A DNA stretch of 64,000 nt, from assembly GCA_000320545.1 (NCBI GenBank), contig ADNK01003263.1, positions 1 to 64,000 on the forward strand. Reading direction: 5' to 3'. The notes below the pieces were generated by a model, which was not told the DNA's origin, made no database searches, and was given only the letters and a program-made list of their open reading frames with translations. A program made the position numbers and the translations under genes. Source of the stretch: Bigelowiella natans CCMP2755. Its lineage: Eukaryota; Protista; Cercozoa. Shown piece by piece: positions 22,342 through 35,688 of this stretch (position 1 is its first letter; the number at the start of each line of letters is the position of its first letter).

Positions 22342-23736
22342 TCACGTAGTCATCATGATCTCACAGTGCTACAAATACTACTACTACTAGTAGTAGTAGT
22401 AGTAGTCGGCATTTGTCATCTGCTGCTCTAGCTGCTGCTGCTGCTGCTTCTACTACTACTTCTACTACTATTATTCCTTTTACTTTGTTCCCCTTTTCTT
22501 TATGAGATATCACTCATTCTTTTTTTCCCTTACTACAAGGCCTCCTAAAGTCCTTGCATGATAAAGTGAAATTGCTTGAAGAAACACCCTTTTCTATGAG
22601 ATATGTGGGGGGAGAAGGTGTTGTTTTTGTTGTTGTTCTTCTTTTTCCTCTTTTTCCTCTTTTGTGATCTGTATCTATGATGTTGTGTACTACTGCTACT
22701 ACTACTACTTTAGACTGATGATAGGGTAGTAGTAGAAGAATGGACTCAGTAGTTGGTTGTTGTGTAACGTTACTGATTTAATATGATACTATTTATTCAT
22801 TGTGGAGTGTACTACTAGTACTGATTTATCGAAGCGTTCTCTTTAGTGAATCCATCGATCGATCATCTTCTTTGTTTACCTAACTAGTATCACCGTGATG
22901 ATTACTACTTTTATTACTATTAGGAAGAGGTGCGGTAGCATCTGGTGTAACATCGTTACTCCTTACCACTCGTTTCGCTATCAGAGACTTCTTCGGTTTT
23001 CTTCCATCATGGATGCCCGCTGCTGTGCGGAATGGAAAATCTGTTCTTGCAAAATGGGTAGAAAGTATTGTTGAAGTACTTTTGAGATTGGGAAAAACAG
23101 CACTGGCATTACACAAAGCAAAGATTGTGTGTGCAGGAGCCGGTAATAGTAGTAGTAGTCATCCGATAGAAGTAATAATATTATGTTGGTGCAAATTATT
23201 CGTGTACTTTATAAAATGAAGAAGAGAAACATCCTGTTATATAGAAGCACACTAATCTCTCTCTCTCTCTCTCTCTCTCCCCCCCCCCCCTCTCTGCATC
23301 TAAAAATACTAAAGCAACAAAAATAAATACAAATATAGGGAGTGGTGGATTAAGAGATGACAGTGGCCAAAGGAAGGATAGGCATGGTGGCAATGACGAC
23401 AACAACGACGATGATGATGATGATGATGATAATGGATATGCTGTTGATTGCCGTGGACACATCATCATCAAGCGAGGCGGGAGAGGAGAGGACGATGATG
23501 GAAACAACAAAGATAGAATGATGACCAATGATAGCGAAATAGCACAAATGGCGGTTGTTGGAAGTTGGCACTGCTTGAAAGAGGTAGTGGTAGCACTAGT
23601 AGTAGAAGTAGTAGTAATAGTAGTAGAAGTAGTAGGAATAGTAGTAGTAGCAGTAGCAGTAGTAGCAGCAGTTGTAGCAGTTGTAAGTCACTAAATCTAA
23701 ATAATATATATATTTTATCTATATATATATATTTTA

Positions 23737-23776
<40 letters not shown>

Positions 23777-24353
23777 CATTTATATATATTACACTGTATT
23801 GTTATTATTAATTTTATTATTAAGGTCTCCCTCGCTCTTGCTGATCTTGCAGCCCACCTCTCAATTGGTGATGCTGATGCTGATGCTGATGCTGATGCTG
23901 ATGCTGATGCTGATGCTCATCGTAGTAGCAATCAACCCGCATGGCTGTTAAGCGTGAAATCTCTAGAAAAAGCTGGTAACTTCCTAGTTATGGGGCTGGT
24001 TCGCTCCGTGCATAACGGCGCTCTTGAGGCGCTCTCTGCAGGTCTCCAGGGAATCTCCACAGCTCTCCTTCATCCCACCTCACCCCCAAGAGCAAGGGCG
24101 CTACCAGCAAAATGGGTGAAATCGCTCCTCCATCGACTTAGTAGTGGAGGTGTGTAAGTAATATTATAGTAATGAGAATGATAATGATGAGGTGGGAGAA
24201 TCATACTAAAAGTAATGGCAGTAAAACAACTATCTTTACATCTTCTTCGTCTTCTTCTTCTTCTCACAACTTAAGAGCTACTACTATTCCACAGAAGAAG
24301 AAGAAGAAGAAGAAGAAGATGATGATGATGAAGAAGAATATTAAGATGATACA

Positions 24354-24393
<40 letters not shown>

Positions 24394-25189
24394 GCTTTTT
24401 TCCTCTTCGTTTCTCTGATTAATGTTTGGTTTTGGATATTTGTTCTCCAAGGGGATTCTTTACGATGGCTACGTCGTTCAACAGGAGCAGCAGCGTGCAT
24501 TGGTGCTCTGCTAAATGCGGAAGCAATCTCCAAAACCACAGCACCATCATCATCAGCATCATCAGCATCATCGGCAGCAGCAGCAAAGGGCGGTACTGTT
24601 CCTTCCATCATCACTACATCCTCTTCTTCTCCTTCTACCTCCTCCGGTGTACGAGGGGGTGGCATACTGTTGAACTATACGCTAGCTTTATTGCTGAAGC
24701 TCGCTTCTAGGGAGGAGGAGGAGGAGGAGGAGGAGGAGGAGAACCAAAAAGGGAATAGTAGTGTTAGTGTTTGGAAGATGACTGTTGGCTCTCTGAACTT
24801 GCTACGTCCGTTGTTTCGTCAGGTTGTAGTTGCAGTAGTAGTGCTTGTAATACACACTAAAAAGTACAAGTAGTACCGTCGGTTGGTAGGTGGAGAAGGA
24901 GGAGGACCTAGTTAGTTCTTTGTTTCCTTGCCCTCATATTCCTTATCTTTTCTTTCGATCAAGCAGATGATTTCTTTCTTTAATGACGATCTTCTGCTTG
25001 ATCATGTTCATCATCTTTCACGAACTTCCATCATTATCACCTGTCATATATATATATATATATATATATGATGATTCTTGAGTGCCTGATGGGGATATTA
25101 TATGTTGTATTATAAGGCATTACTTGCTGAGGGAACATCGTCGCATGTTCAGGCAGCGTTGAAGGTGGGTTCTGATCCAAATAAGATGA

Positions 25190-25220
<31 letters not shown>

Positions 25221-25236
25221 GTGGCAAGAAGTTGAA

Positions 25237-25270
<34 letters not shown>

Positions 25271-25429
25271 TGGCGCTAATCCATTAGCACTATTAGCAAG
25301 GATGACGATGTTATCATCAACAGGTTGTCTTGCAGCATTTCAGCCATGGTGTTTGGGCCGTAAGGAACTCTGCTCTCGTTGCATTTGCTGCAATCGCACC
25401 ACGCGCAGTGAGGCAGGTATAGTACTGGA

Positions 25430-25463
<34 letters not shown>

Positions 25464-25522
25464 TGTTGCTGCGTTGTTTAATTACTTTGCTTATCTATTA
25501 TTATTATTATTTGAACAATCCT

Positions 25523-25554
<32 letters not shown>

Positions 25555-28500
25555 TTCCTACTCACCAAGCCACTTCTTCGATGTCTCCTTATCCTTTTCC
25601 TCCTCCTTCTTCTTCTCCTCTTTTGACACTATCTTTCTATCTAAATCATCTTCTGTGTGTGCTTCCTTCCTAATAGGTTGCGGGGGGACGTGGAGGAGGC
25701 ACAGCAGAAAAGAAAAAGGGAGGATCAGACAATGTCAAACTACTGCTGGATACAGCTGGGGCGTTTTTCCGGAGATTTCCGGAGACTCGATCATTAATGT
25801 TTCAGTACCTGTTTGAAGCAACAAAGGGAGTAGCATTGATGTTTTATCGTCGTCGTAGCAGCAGCAGCAGCATCATGATTCGTGTAGATGATAATACTGC
25901 TACTACAAGAAGATGTTCTTCCTCCTTCTCAGATGCATTCGCAAACTACAGCGCCGTTCCCCACATCGATATCATTAAACAGCAGCAACAGCATCATTCC
26001 CAATTAAAAGAGGAGAAGAAAAAGGAGGAGGGGGAGGATGATGATGATGATGAGGGGGAGGGAGACCTGCATCCTCAACTGTTTCCGGTAGAATAACAAC
26101 CACTACTCGATATTGTAATCGTGATAACTTTCAACAACAACAACAACAACAACAACAACAGTAGCAGCAGCAACGACGACAACAATGACGACAACCCACT
26201 CTCTCATCATCTATCTTATTATATCGGAATATCAATTGAAAAAGAAGAAGAAGAAGAAAAGTATTTTTTGAATCATATTTAAATTCCATCATATGTGACT
26301 CCTCCTCTTCCTCCTTCTCCCTCCTCCCCTCCTCCTCTTCCTTACTCTCATACTACTACTACTACTACTACTACAACAACAACAACAAAGGTGCTTGTTC
26401 TCTTGTCAAGGCTCAATGGAGAGTCCCTCGAGAGTCTTCGATCAGTGGCAGATTTCCTTCCCTTGCTGAGGTTATGTGCTGGGTTGCGTTTCCACATGAT
26501 GCGGTTCATGGCTGCGAAGGCACTCGCTCATCTTCTACCGATTTCTTCACTCAATGATTTCCTTCCAAAGCTCGTTGAAGAGTTGTTGCCCCTGCCACCT
26601 GCTGTTGCTGCTGCTGCTGCTGGAAAAACAACGATGACGTCCTCTTCTTCTTCCTCTTCCTCGTTGTCATTCACACACAACTATGTGCACGGGGTGCTGC
26701 TTCAGCTTCAGGCAATTGGACTACTGTTGTTGAAGAAGAGAGGGGCGAGGAGAGCAGCTGACGACGACAATTGTAATATATTCTAGGAAGAAGAAGAAGA
26801 AGAAGAAGAGAGAATCGAAAGAATGAGAAGAATTCAATCGACGGTATTTCCTCTATGATACTCAATCTTATTTGCATGTTGCTGCAGTATAATTATTATT
26901 ATTTGTTTCTCAAAGCATTATCATTGATGTAATATACGATTCATCTTCATTTCTCATCATAAGTTTTGTTCCCCCCCTTCTGTTCCTTTTCTCTCTTATT
27001 ATTTTTCACCCCAACCACCACCATTTTGTTATTCCATTAGTACATGCAGTAGTCTTAGCCAAACTTCAACCCCGAGCAGTTTGGTTGTGTGACAAGGCTG
27101 TTATGACTTGCGCAAGTATCCGAGAGCTCACATTTAAAGTCATTCAAATATTCCTAGAGGGTGCAGCACGAAGCCAAATCGCCACAGGATTTTATGGTGG
27201 TGGTTATGACGACGATAATCAACCTAAAGATGCTAATCATGGAGCAGCCGAGAAAAGACAACGACAACAACTACTGCAACACAAAAAGAGGAAACAAATG
27301 TTTCGATGGATTTTACAATGCGCCGTTATGGCGTTAGATTGTGATGATCATTGTGATTATCTTCCGGGCTATGGCTATGATCGTCCAGCTGCAGCAAGCC
27401 TTGCAATCGATGCTGCCGTTTGCATAAAGTCTCGCAATGTCATTGAGCTTATTAAGATGTTATTCCGAGATAAGATGAAGGCCGTTAGAATCGCCGCACT
27501 CAAGAAGACACGGGCTCTGATAAAAGGAGGAGGAGGAGGAGGGGTTGGGTGGGCGAGAAAGAATAACAAGCACCACAATATAATGCTATCGATAGATGAT
27601 AATGAAGAAAACTGCGAAGAAGAAGGATATTCAAGGGAAGGGATCATTTCTAATTGCACTCTGTTTGCCCCCGACAGTGAGCAAGAAAAGAATGGTAATT
27701 GTAGTGATAGCAGCCTTAGCAATACTGGTGGTAATCCTGATCGAGAGAACATTCATACAGGACTAATAAGGGAGTCCTTCCAGCTGCTAAAGCGGTGTAG
27801 CACCAGTAAAGGTTTATTCATAATGATTGCAGAAATATATAAAGTGAGAACAAGTGAGAAGGGGAGACACACTACTAGCATCGTTTATCTTTTTATCTTG
27901 TTGCGAAGAAGAAGATGATGATAATAAGGCTCGTGTCATACTTCGTAAAACAAAATCCTTTGTGCATGGAATATGATTCCTTTGAGTTGTAGAAGTAGTA
28001 CCAGAAGAAGTAAAATAGGAGGAAGAAGAAGAACTAAATCTATATAGTTAAGGGAATATCAGAATCGTCTCATTCTTTTAAAAAGATTATATCTGAACAA
28101 CGGGTAGTCACCAGCAGCAACAGCAACAGTAGGCGATTTTGCAATCAGAAATTGTTGTGCTGGTCCCTTTCTTTCTTCCTTTCTTCCTTGATTCTTTGCT
28201 ACTTCTTACTCTATGGTTTCTTCTTCTTCTTCTTCTTCCAACAGATTGTTACTCTGAAAAGAGCACTACTGCTCCAGAGGAGGAGGAGACGGCTTGCTTA
28301 CAGCTACTGAATACTCTTTTAGAATCACAACAGCGCCAACACATAGTAAAAAGAGAAAGAGGAGGACAAGGAGAAGGAATAGGAGGGGGAGCACAACGAA
28401 AAGAACAAAGAAGAAAACGAGAAATGAAGAAGAGGGCTTCAACTCTATGCCACAAGACACAACTTCATGGAGAAAAAAGACGCTATCAACGAGATGTTAA

Positions 28501-28710
28501 AAATGGTGTTGGTGATAGTGATGACGTCAATGATGAAGATGATGATGGCAAGGTTGGAAAATGTGCGAGTAGCTACAGCAATTATGATCTTCTTGCCCCT
28601 TTTCTTCCACTTGTTGTTTGCCTATTGAAGAGAATCTCACTCGTTCCAGATGCTAATCCAAAGGCAACATACTCTACCATTACCCTCTCAGCGCGCATCC
28701 TCACATCCTT

Positions 28711-28741
<31 letters not shown>

Positions 28742-30460
28742 GTAGCAGCAGCAGCAGCAGCAGCAGCAGCTGTATGGGAAGAGATGATTCAAACTGTTGC
28801 AATATGCGGTGCCCCAGCTCATCCAGACCTTACGAGGCGGGCTGCTGCTGTAGCCTCCTTGCTAGTTGTGATGGATTTCCTTGGAACTACTGCGTCTACT
28901 CAACGTAAGTTTCGCTTCGGAAGAAGCGGAGGAGAACAAGAAGAGAAGACCGAAGAAAGGACTGATTTGCTGCTGCTGAAACTATGGAAATCATTGATTC
29001 CTTTGCTGCAGGACGAAGATCCTGATACACGAATTATTGCAGCCAAAGCAGCGAGTGTAGCAATGAGGATGATGAGGAAAAAGAAGAAGAAATATGATCA
29101 GTATATGATGGAGTACAACGACAAGGGAGATGATGATGATGATAATGATGACGATGCTGAGATAAATCAAAATGATAAAAGCAGTCGTAGCAATAACGAT
29201 TTTGACTATGAGAGAGATAAAGCCGATGCCGTTGACTTTATGGAGGAGGAGGAGGAGGAGGAGAAAGAAGAAAGGGACAGCAGCGACATCAATGAATACA
29301 CGGATCAAAAGTACCACCATGATCATTACCATCACCCTTCACTGATACTGAAGATGGCGTTTTCGTATCTTGCAACATGGTACGATGGAGATCCAGACTT
29401 CGCTCTGTGGTTAGCGGAGAAAGTATTGGCTAAGAAACTCTCAAAGACTACTCTCGATCACCTTGATAAGCAACGTGAAAGACTCTTTCCAGAGGAACGA
29501 CCAAATATGTAATAATAGCGCCAATACTATCCCAATTAAACAATCGAGGAGAAGAAATGGGCAGAAGATGATGATAATGATGATGTTGATGATATCTTTG
29601 CCGATCCACGTCATTGCTTATGCACACAGAAAACACCGTATCATGCACCTACAATTTGTGTGGAGAAGTTATTTGTGGAAACGAAATAAGCGTTCTTTAC
29701 GAAATTCGTATCATTTAAGGATTTATCTAGGATCTTTCAATTTCAATAATAGGTACCAAGAGAACGTGCTTGAAGTATCTTTGGCCTCTCAATGTCTTGC
29801 CCGAGTTGCTATGAATATGAGTGCTGCAGAAACTGACGTAAAGCAGCATCAGCAGCATTCCCGTCAATATCTTCTGGACATCCTCACAGCTGCAAGAGAT
29901 AGAGGCCGGGCTTGGCTAAGTATAAATGACTCCAATGAACTGATGCCTATTGTTATTATTTTTCATAGTAACATTATTAGTAACGCTAGTAATCGTAGCG
30001 GCTGTGCTGGTAACTATGCCAATAGCATTCATAATGGTGATTCGAATGACGATTAAAAACTACTTCCTCACCACCCATGCCATCACTTCACTTTTTATGC
30101 ATTCTCAAAGTATTCTTTTGATCTAAATACCCAGGAAAAAACGAAGCTGCTGCAAGAAGTTTCGGCAAAGAAAAAATAGAGAAATGCCACCCTACTGGCG
30201 ACGTACTCTATCATGCAGATTTCTACGAGATCGCACATATCACCCTACATGTTGCTGTGGTTTGCGAAGCGATTGAGAAGCGCACGAGTTTATTCAGAAC
30301 CCCAACAGGTACTAAAATTATAGCAGCTATAGCACCTGAACAGAAAACGAATAAGATAGAGGAAATTCGGGTAAGAGGGAATGCAGCAAAGGAATCTGCC
30401 CAAGTGCTGATACCAGTGCTCACGCTTGACTTCGACCTTCTGCGTGAAGGGTACTGCTGA
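12360..30460 (+). CDS. THADA: THADA / Trm732 homolog (armadillo/HEAT-like, DUF2428), very intron-rich, ~18 kb; start position uncertain
   Basis: Conserved blocks in the expected order: AWRLLEVALL (~23545), LEKAGNFLVMGLVRSVHNGALE (~23965), WLRRSTG (~24470), GSLNLLRPLFRQ (~24790), FSHGVWAVRNSALVAF (~25340), LHPQLFP|VLVLLSRL (26067/26391), MRFMAAKAL, HNYVHGVLLQL, LLQDEDPDTR (~29005), RLFPEERPNM|YQE (29480/29753). Last exon ends ...LLREGYC* at 30460. N-terminal exons from ~12.4-23 kb are plausible but not fully resolved. Confidence 0.85.
13088..13186 (+). repeat. Tandem duplication, 2 x 48 bp (period 51), probably intronic
   Basis: GTTGTATAACTCGATTTTCTTCGTGGTCATAAC(T/C)GCGTTGCTGCTTCA at 13088 and 13139. 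Confidence 0.9.
16911..16996 (+). repeat. Perfect intronic tandem duplication, 2 x 43 bp
   Basis: AGAATAGTGAGTGAAAGAAAGTTCGTTGGTATGATAGATAATA twice. Confidence 0.92.
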
Positions 30461-30759
30461 TGAAGCGCATCGCGAGGCTCACTCTTCAAACAAATCTAGA
30501 AATAGCAGCAAATGTAGAAATGGCCTCGATGTTGTCAGCTTTGCTCGTTGCAAATGTCATTTTGCTCAAGCATTTCCCAGTGTTGATGATCAACATGCTA
30601 GCATGAGAATCATGAGTTCTGGTCTGTTGCTGTTGCACAAATTCTAGAATTCTTGCCAGTGACGACAAAAAACAGGGTGGAGGTGTAGTGGTCCGCACGG
30701 GTCTAGAGGTGTAGCTGCACTTGCGTGCGCAGGCTAGCAGGGCTACGTGTACGCATGCG

Positions 30760-32158
30760 TGGCAACCTAGCAACGGTGACCAGATTGAGTTGCGGGGGCA
30801 CGCTGCTAGCAAAGTCTGTGTTGCTTGTCGGCTTGCAAATTGTGAGCATTGCAGCAATGCATTTCGATCAACATCAAGACATTCCGGCGAGAGCTGAAAT
30901 TTTGGACTTGTGGACACATTGATGACCTGCTAGCCTAGACGACACGCAGCTAGCTAGCTAGAGCTAGAGAGTTTGCATGTTGATCAGCTACTGAACCATG
31001 CTAGCATGCGGATCGAATGGGTCAGGTCTCGACAAGCAAAAGTGCACACGTGCATGTCCAGCTAGACATGTGCAATTGCAATGATTATGCATGCAATGCA
31101 ATGTGCCGTTGTTGTTGCTGAGTTATCACGTGTCTCACGCACCGCTAGACCGCTAGACCGGTGCTAGCGGTGTGCTGAGCTAGCCATTGCTAGCTAGCTA
31201 GCCAGCTAGCTGTCAGTGAGATGCACCCACGTGTTGCTTGCATGCGTGCATCACTCATAAATTGGGCGTGAACGCTCCAAGCTAGCAAGCTAGCAAGGTG
31301 TCAAGCGAGACCGCTGTCACACCGCTTCAGAATGACTTCCACAGCTAGACAGCATGGCTAGATGGCTAGATGGGCATCGCAGACGTGGACACACCTGATG
31401 ATCTCGCCTTGTGATCGATCAAAAGCCCTAGCCATAAGTGCGCGTCTGGACATGCCAGCATGCGTGTGCTCGATGTTTTCACGAAACCAAGCACAGGCAC
31501 AGCTAGACAGCTGGACAGGCACGCACGAGTCAAGCGGAAATTTTGCTAGGTTGGTCATGCACCTTGTGAGACAATGACAATGACAACGACAATTGCAATG
31601 ACAATGACTGGATGATGACAAACTGCACTTGTGAGACAATGACAATGATGACAAACTGCACTGCCAAAGTGTTGCAAGCTAGCAAGACACTTGGCAGTCC
31701 AGCAGTGCACGAAACGCTGTTCAGCTGTGCCTCGAACTAGCCAGCTAGCTCTGCCAGTCTGGTGAGGACTGACTGGTGAAGACCAGCAGGATTTTGAAAT
31801 TGGCACACTGGCCATTGTGGAGCAGTGTGACTAGCAGCAATGTGGTGGCGACGCAAAGCATCCACTCTGAGTGGGAACTTCCGAACAATGAGAACAATGA
31901 TGAAAAACCACACTTCCAAAGTGTGACAAGACACTTGCAATGTGCGAAATGCAGTGCCTCGAACTGGCTTCAGTGAGGACTGACTGGCAAACTAGCGGGG
32001 TTCGTGCAAATTGGCACGAACTGAACATTGAATGCATCACAACTAGAGCTAGCAGCCAAATGACGACGACGCAAAGCATCCATCCTGAGCAGGAATCTGT
32101 CGCGGGTGGCCCACGACGACAACGGAAAATGAGCTGTTCGTGGTTTGGGTCCTGTTTT
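30760..32158. other. TpA-depleted, CTAG-rich island
   Basis: 31437-32158 has 9 TA, all in CTAG. 30760-31436 has many CTAG and only a few other TA. Confidence 0.9.
31664..32095 (+). repeat. Degenerate tandem duplication (two units of ~200 bp)
   Basis: Shared anchors in the same order in both units: CCAAAGTGT..CAAGACACTTG, GTGCCTCGAACT, GTGAGGACTGACTGG, AAATTGGCAC, CTAGCAGC, CGACGCAAAGCATCCA. Confidence 0.75.
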
Positions 32159-32800
32159 TATTGTCGCAATCACAAAAAAGTCTACAATTCATGCTTCTTG
32201 CTACATTCTAGTATTCTTTCGTTCAAGACCATTTCACGAGTTTTCAGGTCTGCGCTTCAATCAGTTGCATTCTTCTGTCACTTTCGTCCAAGTGTAAATA
32301 AGTGTCATTTTATACGTGTGACAAAGCAAAAAAGTAAAATTCATTAAATATCCTATAGTGTTTTCTAAAATATGTGAAGCATTTTAGATCTGACAAGAGC
32401 TGGCGGACGACGGTGACGAAGCAGGTGAAAGAAGAGGGCTCTTTCTTTGCTCATATTTCTATGCATCATGCAACCCCTTCAGCTTTATCGTAGAAAACCC
32501 CCGGACATGTTTATTGTGCTGCACCTTTCTGAATATTCACCAAGATGAGTTTTTTTGTGTTGAGTTGGTTGACATTGAAAACGAAAAAATGAGGTCCTTA
32601 CGATCTGCAACGATAGTCGTTTACTGAGTGTAAATCGTCCAGTTATCGGGTGATTCTTTTCAAACGAAAAGCCAAAAGATTAGGAAGGTTAAAATGACAC
32701 TGCAATTATGATTTGGTATCTTTTCTCTCTTTCCTCTCTTGTCTTTTCGTAGGGATAATTACGTCAAGCACAGCATCTCCAAAACTCACATTGCTGAAAC

Positions 32801-33993
32801 ATGAAGATATTAGCCATCGCGATAATGCGGCACCAAGGTGAGGGTAAGGATCCCATCGGCCTGGCAAGAGTTGAAGATTTGTCTAACTTCAGGTTAACAA
32901 GTAGTATTTATTAGATTAGAGAGAGCGTTCCTACTTCAGTGAATGGATATCTAAACAATACGCTGTCGTATTGAGACATCGAATTTGTGTTTATGCATCT
33001 ATCCATGCTGTCGGGCGTTTGTCTGTCCGCCCATAGTTATTTCACGAGATCAACGATCCGGGAGCACTTGACATTTGCCATCAGAACGGTAAGTTTAGTA
33101 TACTTCATTTGGTGAAACTGTTACACGTTTCACCGGTTATTCCCTTATGGTGATTCTAAGTGCTCCACTCCTCAACTCTCAAGATGGAATATTTTCTACT
33201 GTTTTTAAAATCTAGCCGCATTGATCTTGATCATAAATTTAGTCCCTGCTATTATTATTATTATTACTATTATTATTATTATGATATTATTCAGGTGGCA
33301 CAACGGACCAAACCTGGTTTTAGACAAACTGTGGGGTTAAAAGACATCGAATTCGTGTGCCATGTAAGTACAATAAAAATTAAAAACTATATTCACACAC
33401 AATAAAGTGAATCCTGGAATCTCCCTTTGTTTCCTGTTATTACATGATAGCATGCATATTTCATCCTCACCGCCGCTGGTTGCACGTTCACGACACATTG
33501 GTTATCTTGTCCAAGTAGCCGTCCGCTATTACTACCACCTCTACAGCTTAACGCTACCGTATCATCATCGTCGTCATCATCACAATCATCGTCAATGCAG
33601 GTTCACGTGAGATCCAACGGTATCTGTGGATTAGTTGTTTCAGACGAGGAATATCCGGTTAGGGTGGCTTTTTCGATGATTACTGATTTGGTAAATAAGT
33701 ATATCAAAGAGGAGTCTAAGTGGCAAGAAATAACGACCGATGCCGAAGCTTCACCCGATTTCATGAAAACTGCTTTAGAGAAGTATCAGGATCCAAAGGA
33801 AGCGGACAAAGTCCTTAAGATCCAACAGACGGTAGATGAGATAAAGAACATCATGCACAAGAACATCGATGATATTTTAAAACGTGGCGAGACCCTGGAT
33901 GCTCTAATGGAGAAATCGAACGATCTTTCCTCTACGTCAGTAGCCTTTTTCAAGACGGCAAAGAAGCAAAATCAATGTTGTAAGGCTTATTGA
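32801..33993 (+). CDS. YKT6: R-SNARE YKT6 (longin + v-SNARE coiled coil, C-terminal CC prenylation motif)
   Basis: Exons 32801-32892 (MKILAIAIMR...EDLSNF), 33037-33088 (SYFTRSTIREHLTFAIRT), 33295-33363 (VAQRTKPGFRQTV...VCH) and 33601-33993 (VHVRSNG...DEEYPVRVAF...YQDPKEADK...RGETLDALMEKSNDLS...CCKAY*); no TM helix. Confidence 0.95.
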
Positions 33994-34259
33994 TCGCTAC
34001 GCGTGTATGCATACTCCCAAAAAGCAGTCAGAATGGAATTCAACAGATACTGCTAAATTCTTTTCTGGCACAGTTGAGGAGGGTGTCCAATTTTTTTGAG
34101 TCTCAGCGAAGCATTGCGATACAAGGGTCGCTTTTTGATTGAGTAAGTGCCTCGTTACCCAGTGTTGGAAATTGTACTCTCATTATGCCCTGGGCTGTCT
34201 GACGGTCATGGAATAACAAAATGTCGTTGTAAAGAATAAAATAATTCGATCAAAAAGTA

Positions 34260-34920
34260 TGATAGACATCGACAAGCAAATTGGTGCCATCTAGCCATAT
34301 GTCGCGTGACACGCTCTAGCGCTAGCTATCTGCGCTCTAATTCATGAGGTGTTCTCTCTGCTGCTGTACTTTCCACTTGCTCATCCTAAATTAGAAGATG
34401 TGGCATGCTGCATCGCTGCATGCATCATGCAGCTGCCAGCTGTGCAATGATGGAGCCTGGACTCAGAGGACAAGTGCTAGCTAGCTAGATGTGGCTAGGT
34501 AGTGGCTGGTGGCTTCATCATTTTTCCCTACTAGCTGCGCATGCACCAGTTTAGCAGTATGGCGCCAGTCTAGCTAGCACTGTCAAGCTAGCAAGATGCG
34601 CTGAGCGTGCCCTTCACGTCATTGCTGCAGTCTTGAGCATGCCAGCTAGCCAGCATGGGCCGACTTGTGATCACACTCACGTCACATTGCCCAGCTTAGC
34701 CAGCGATACAATCATGTTGCGCAAACGAACTAGCAAATGTGTCGTCATCGTCTAATTGTGGTGTACGCTTTCAAAGATGCCGCAATCCGATTCTGTCGCG
34801 CTCGCGCCAACGCAATCAGATCACGTCACTCAAGTGACGCCATCACCTGACAGATTGCGCATGTTCATGTACACGCTCTTGCTAGCTAGCTAGCTTGGTT
34901 ACTTTCATCATGCAACTCGG
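34260..34920. other. Partially TpA-depleted CTAG-rich island
   Basis: GCTAGCTAGCTAG arrays at ~34477 and ~34881 and many single CTAG. Residual TA sites are often CTA-N or N-TAG. Confidence 0.75.
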
Positions 34921-35650
34921 GCGGGCCGTAAAATATGTAGCATAATTTTTAAAGAATTTAACATCTATTGGTACTACCCGATCACGTATCGTTGTGAACA
35001 TCGGTATTATAATTTAAAGCAGCATTTGTGTGAGCATGTCGAAACACAGCCGCTGCAATATCTAACTAACTTGCATTTATTTGATTAATTCCACATGCTC
35101 TCTCTATCAAGATGCTAGCATCACGCTCTTGACCAGCTGTTTAGTTTTAATGAGCATATGATAACTGGAGATGGAATAAATTAACGAATTCTATGCTTTC
35201 CTCACTTATCAGCCCCCCCCTCTATTCCTCCTTCTCCTTCTCCTTCTCTCCCTCCCTCTCTTTTTTCCCCTTCAGAACTCTTTCGTTCGCTCAAAAATAG
35301 CGCTGCTTGTGGAGATGATGTATATTGCTACTCATTATTCTCACTATGGGTACATTGTGTCTGTCTTTTACGTGTCTTTATTGCTTTGCTTCCACAAAAT
35401 GTGAATCACTTCCCGAAATATATAATCGAGAAGGTATTTCGAAGAACCGTAAGAAATATTTAGATTTTTATTTATATACGATTGCTCTAGTAGATTTTAC
35501 ATTTCCTCAAAAAATTATCTTTTTAAAAAAAAACATTTATAGAAAAAACATTTATAGAGTGGAGAGGGGCACGCGAGTGTTGTTGAACAAATAAGTGGTG
35601 CGAACATATTCAACTTTTTGACATATTGATGTTACATACACTACAGACGT

Positions 35651-35688
<38 letters not shown>

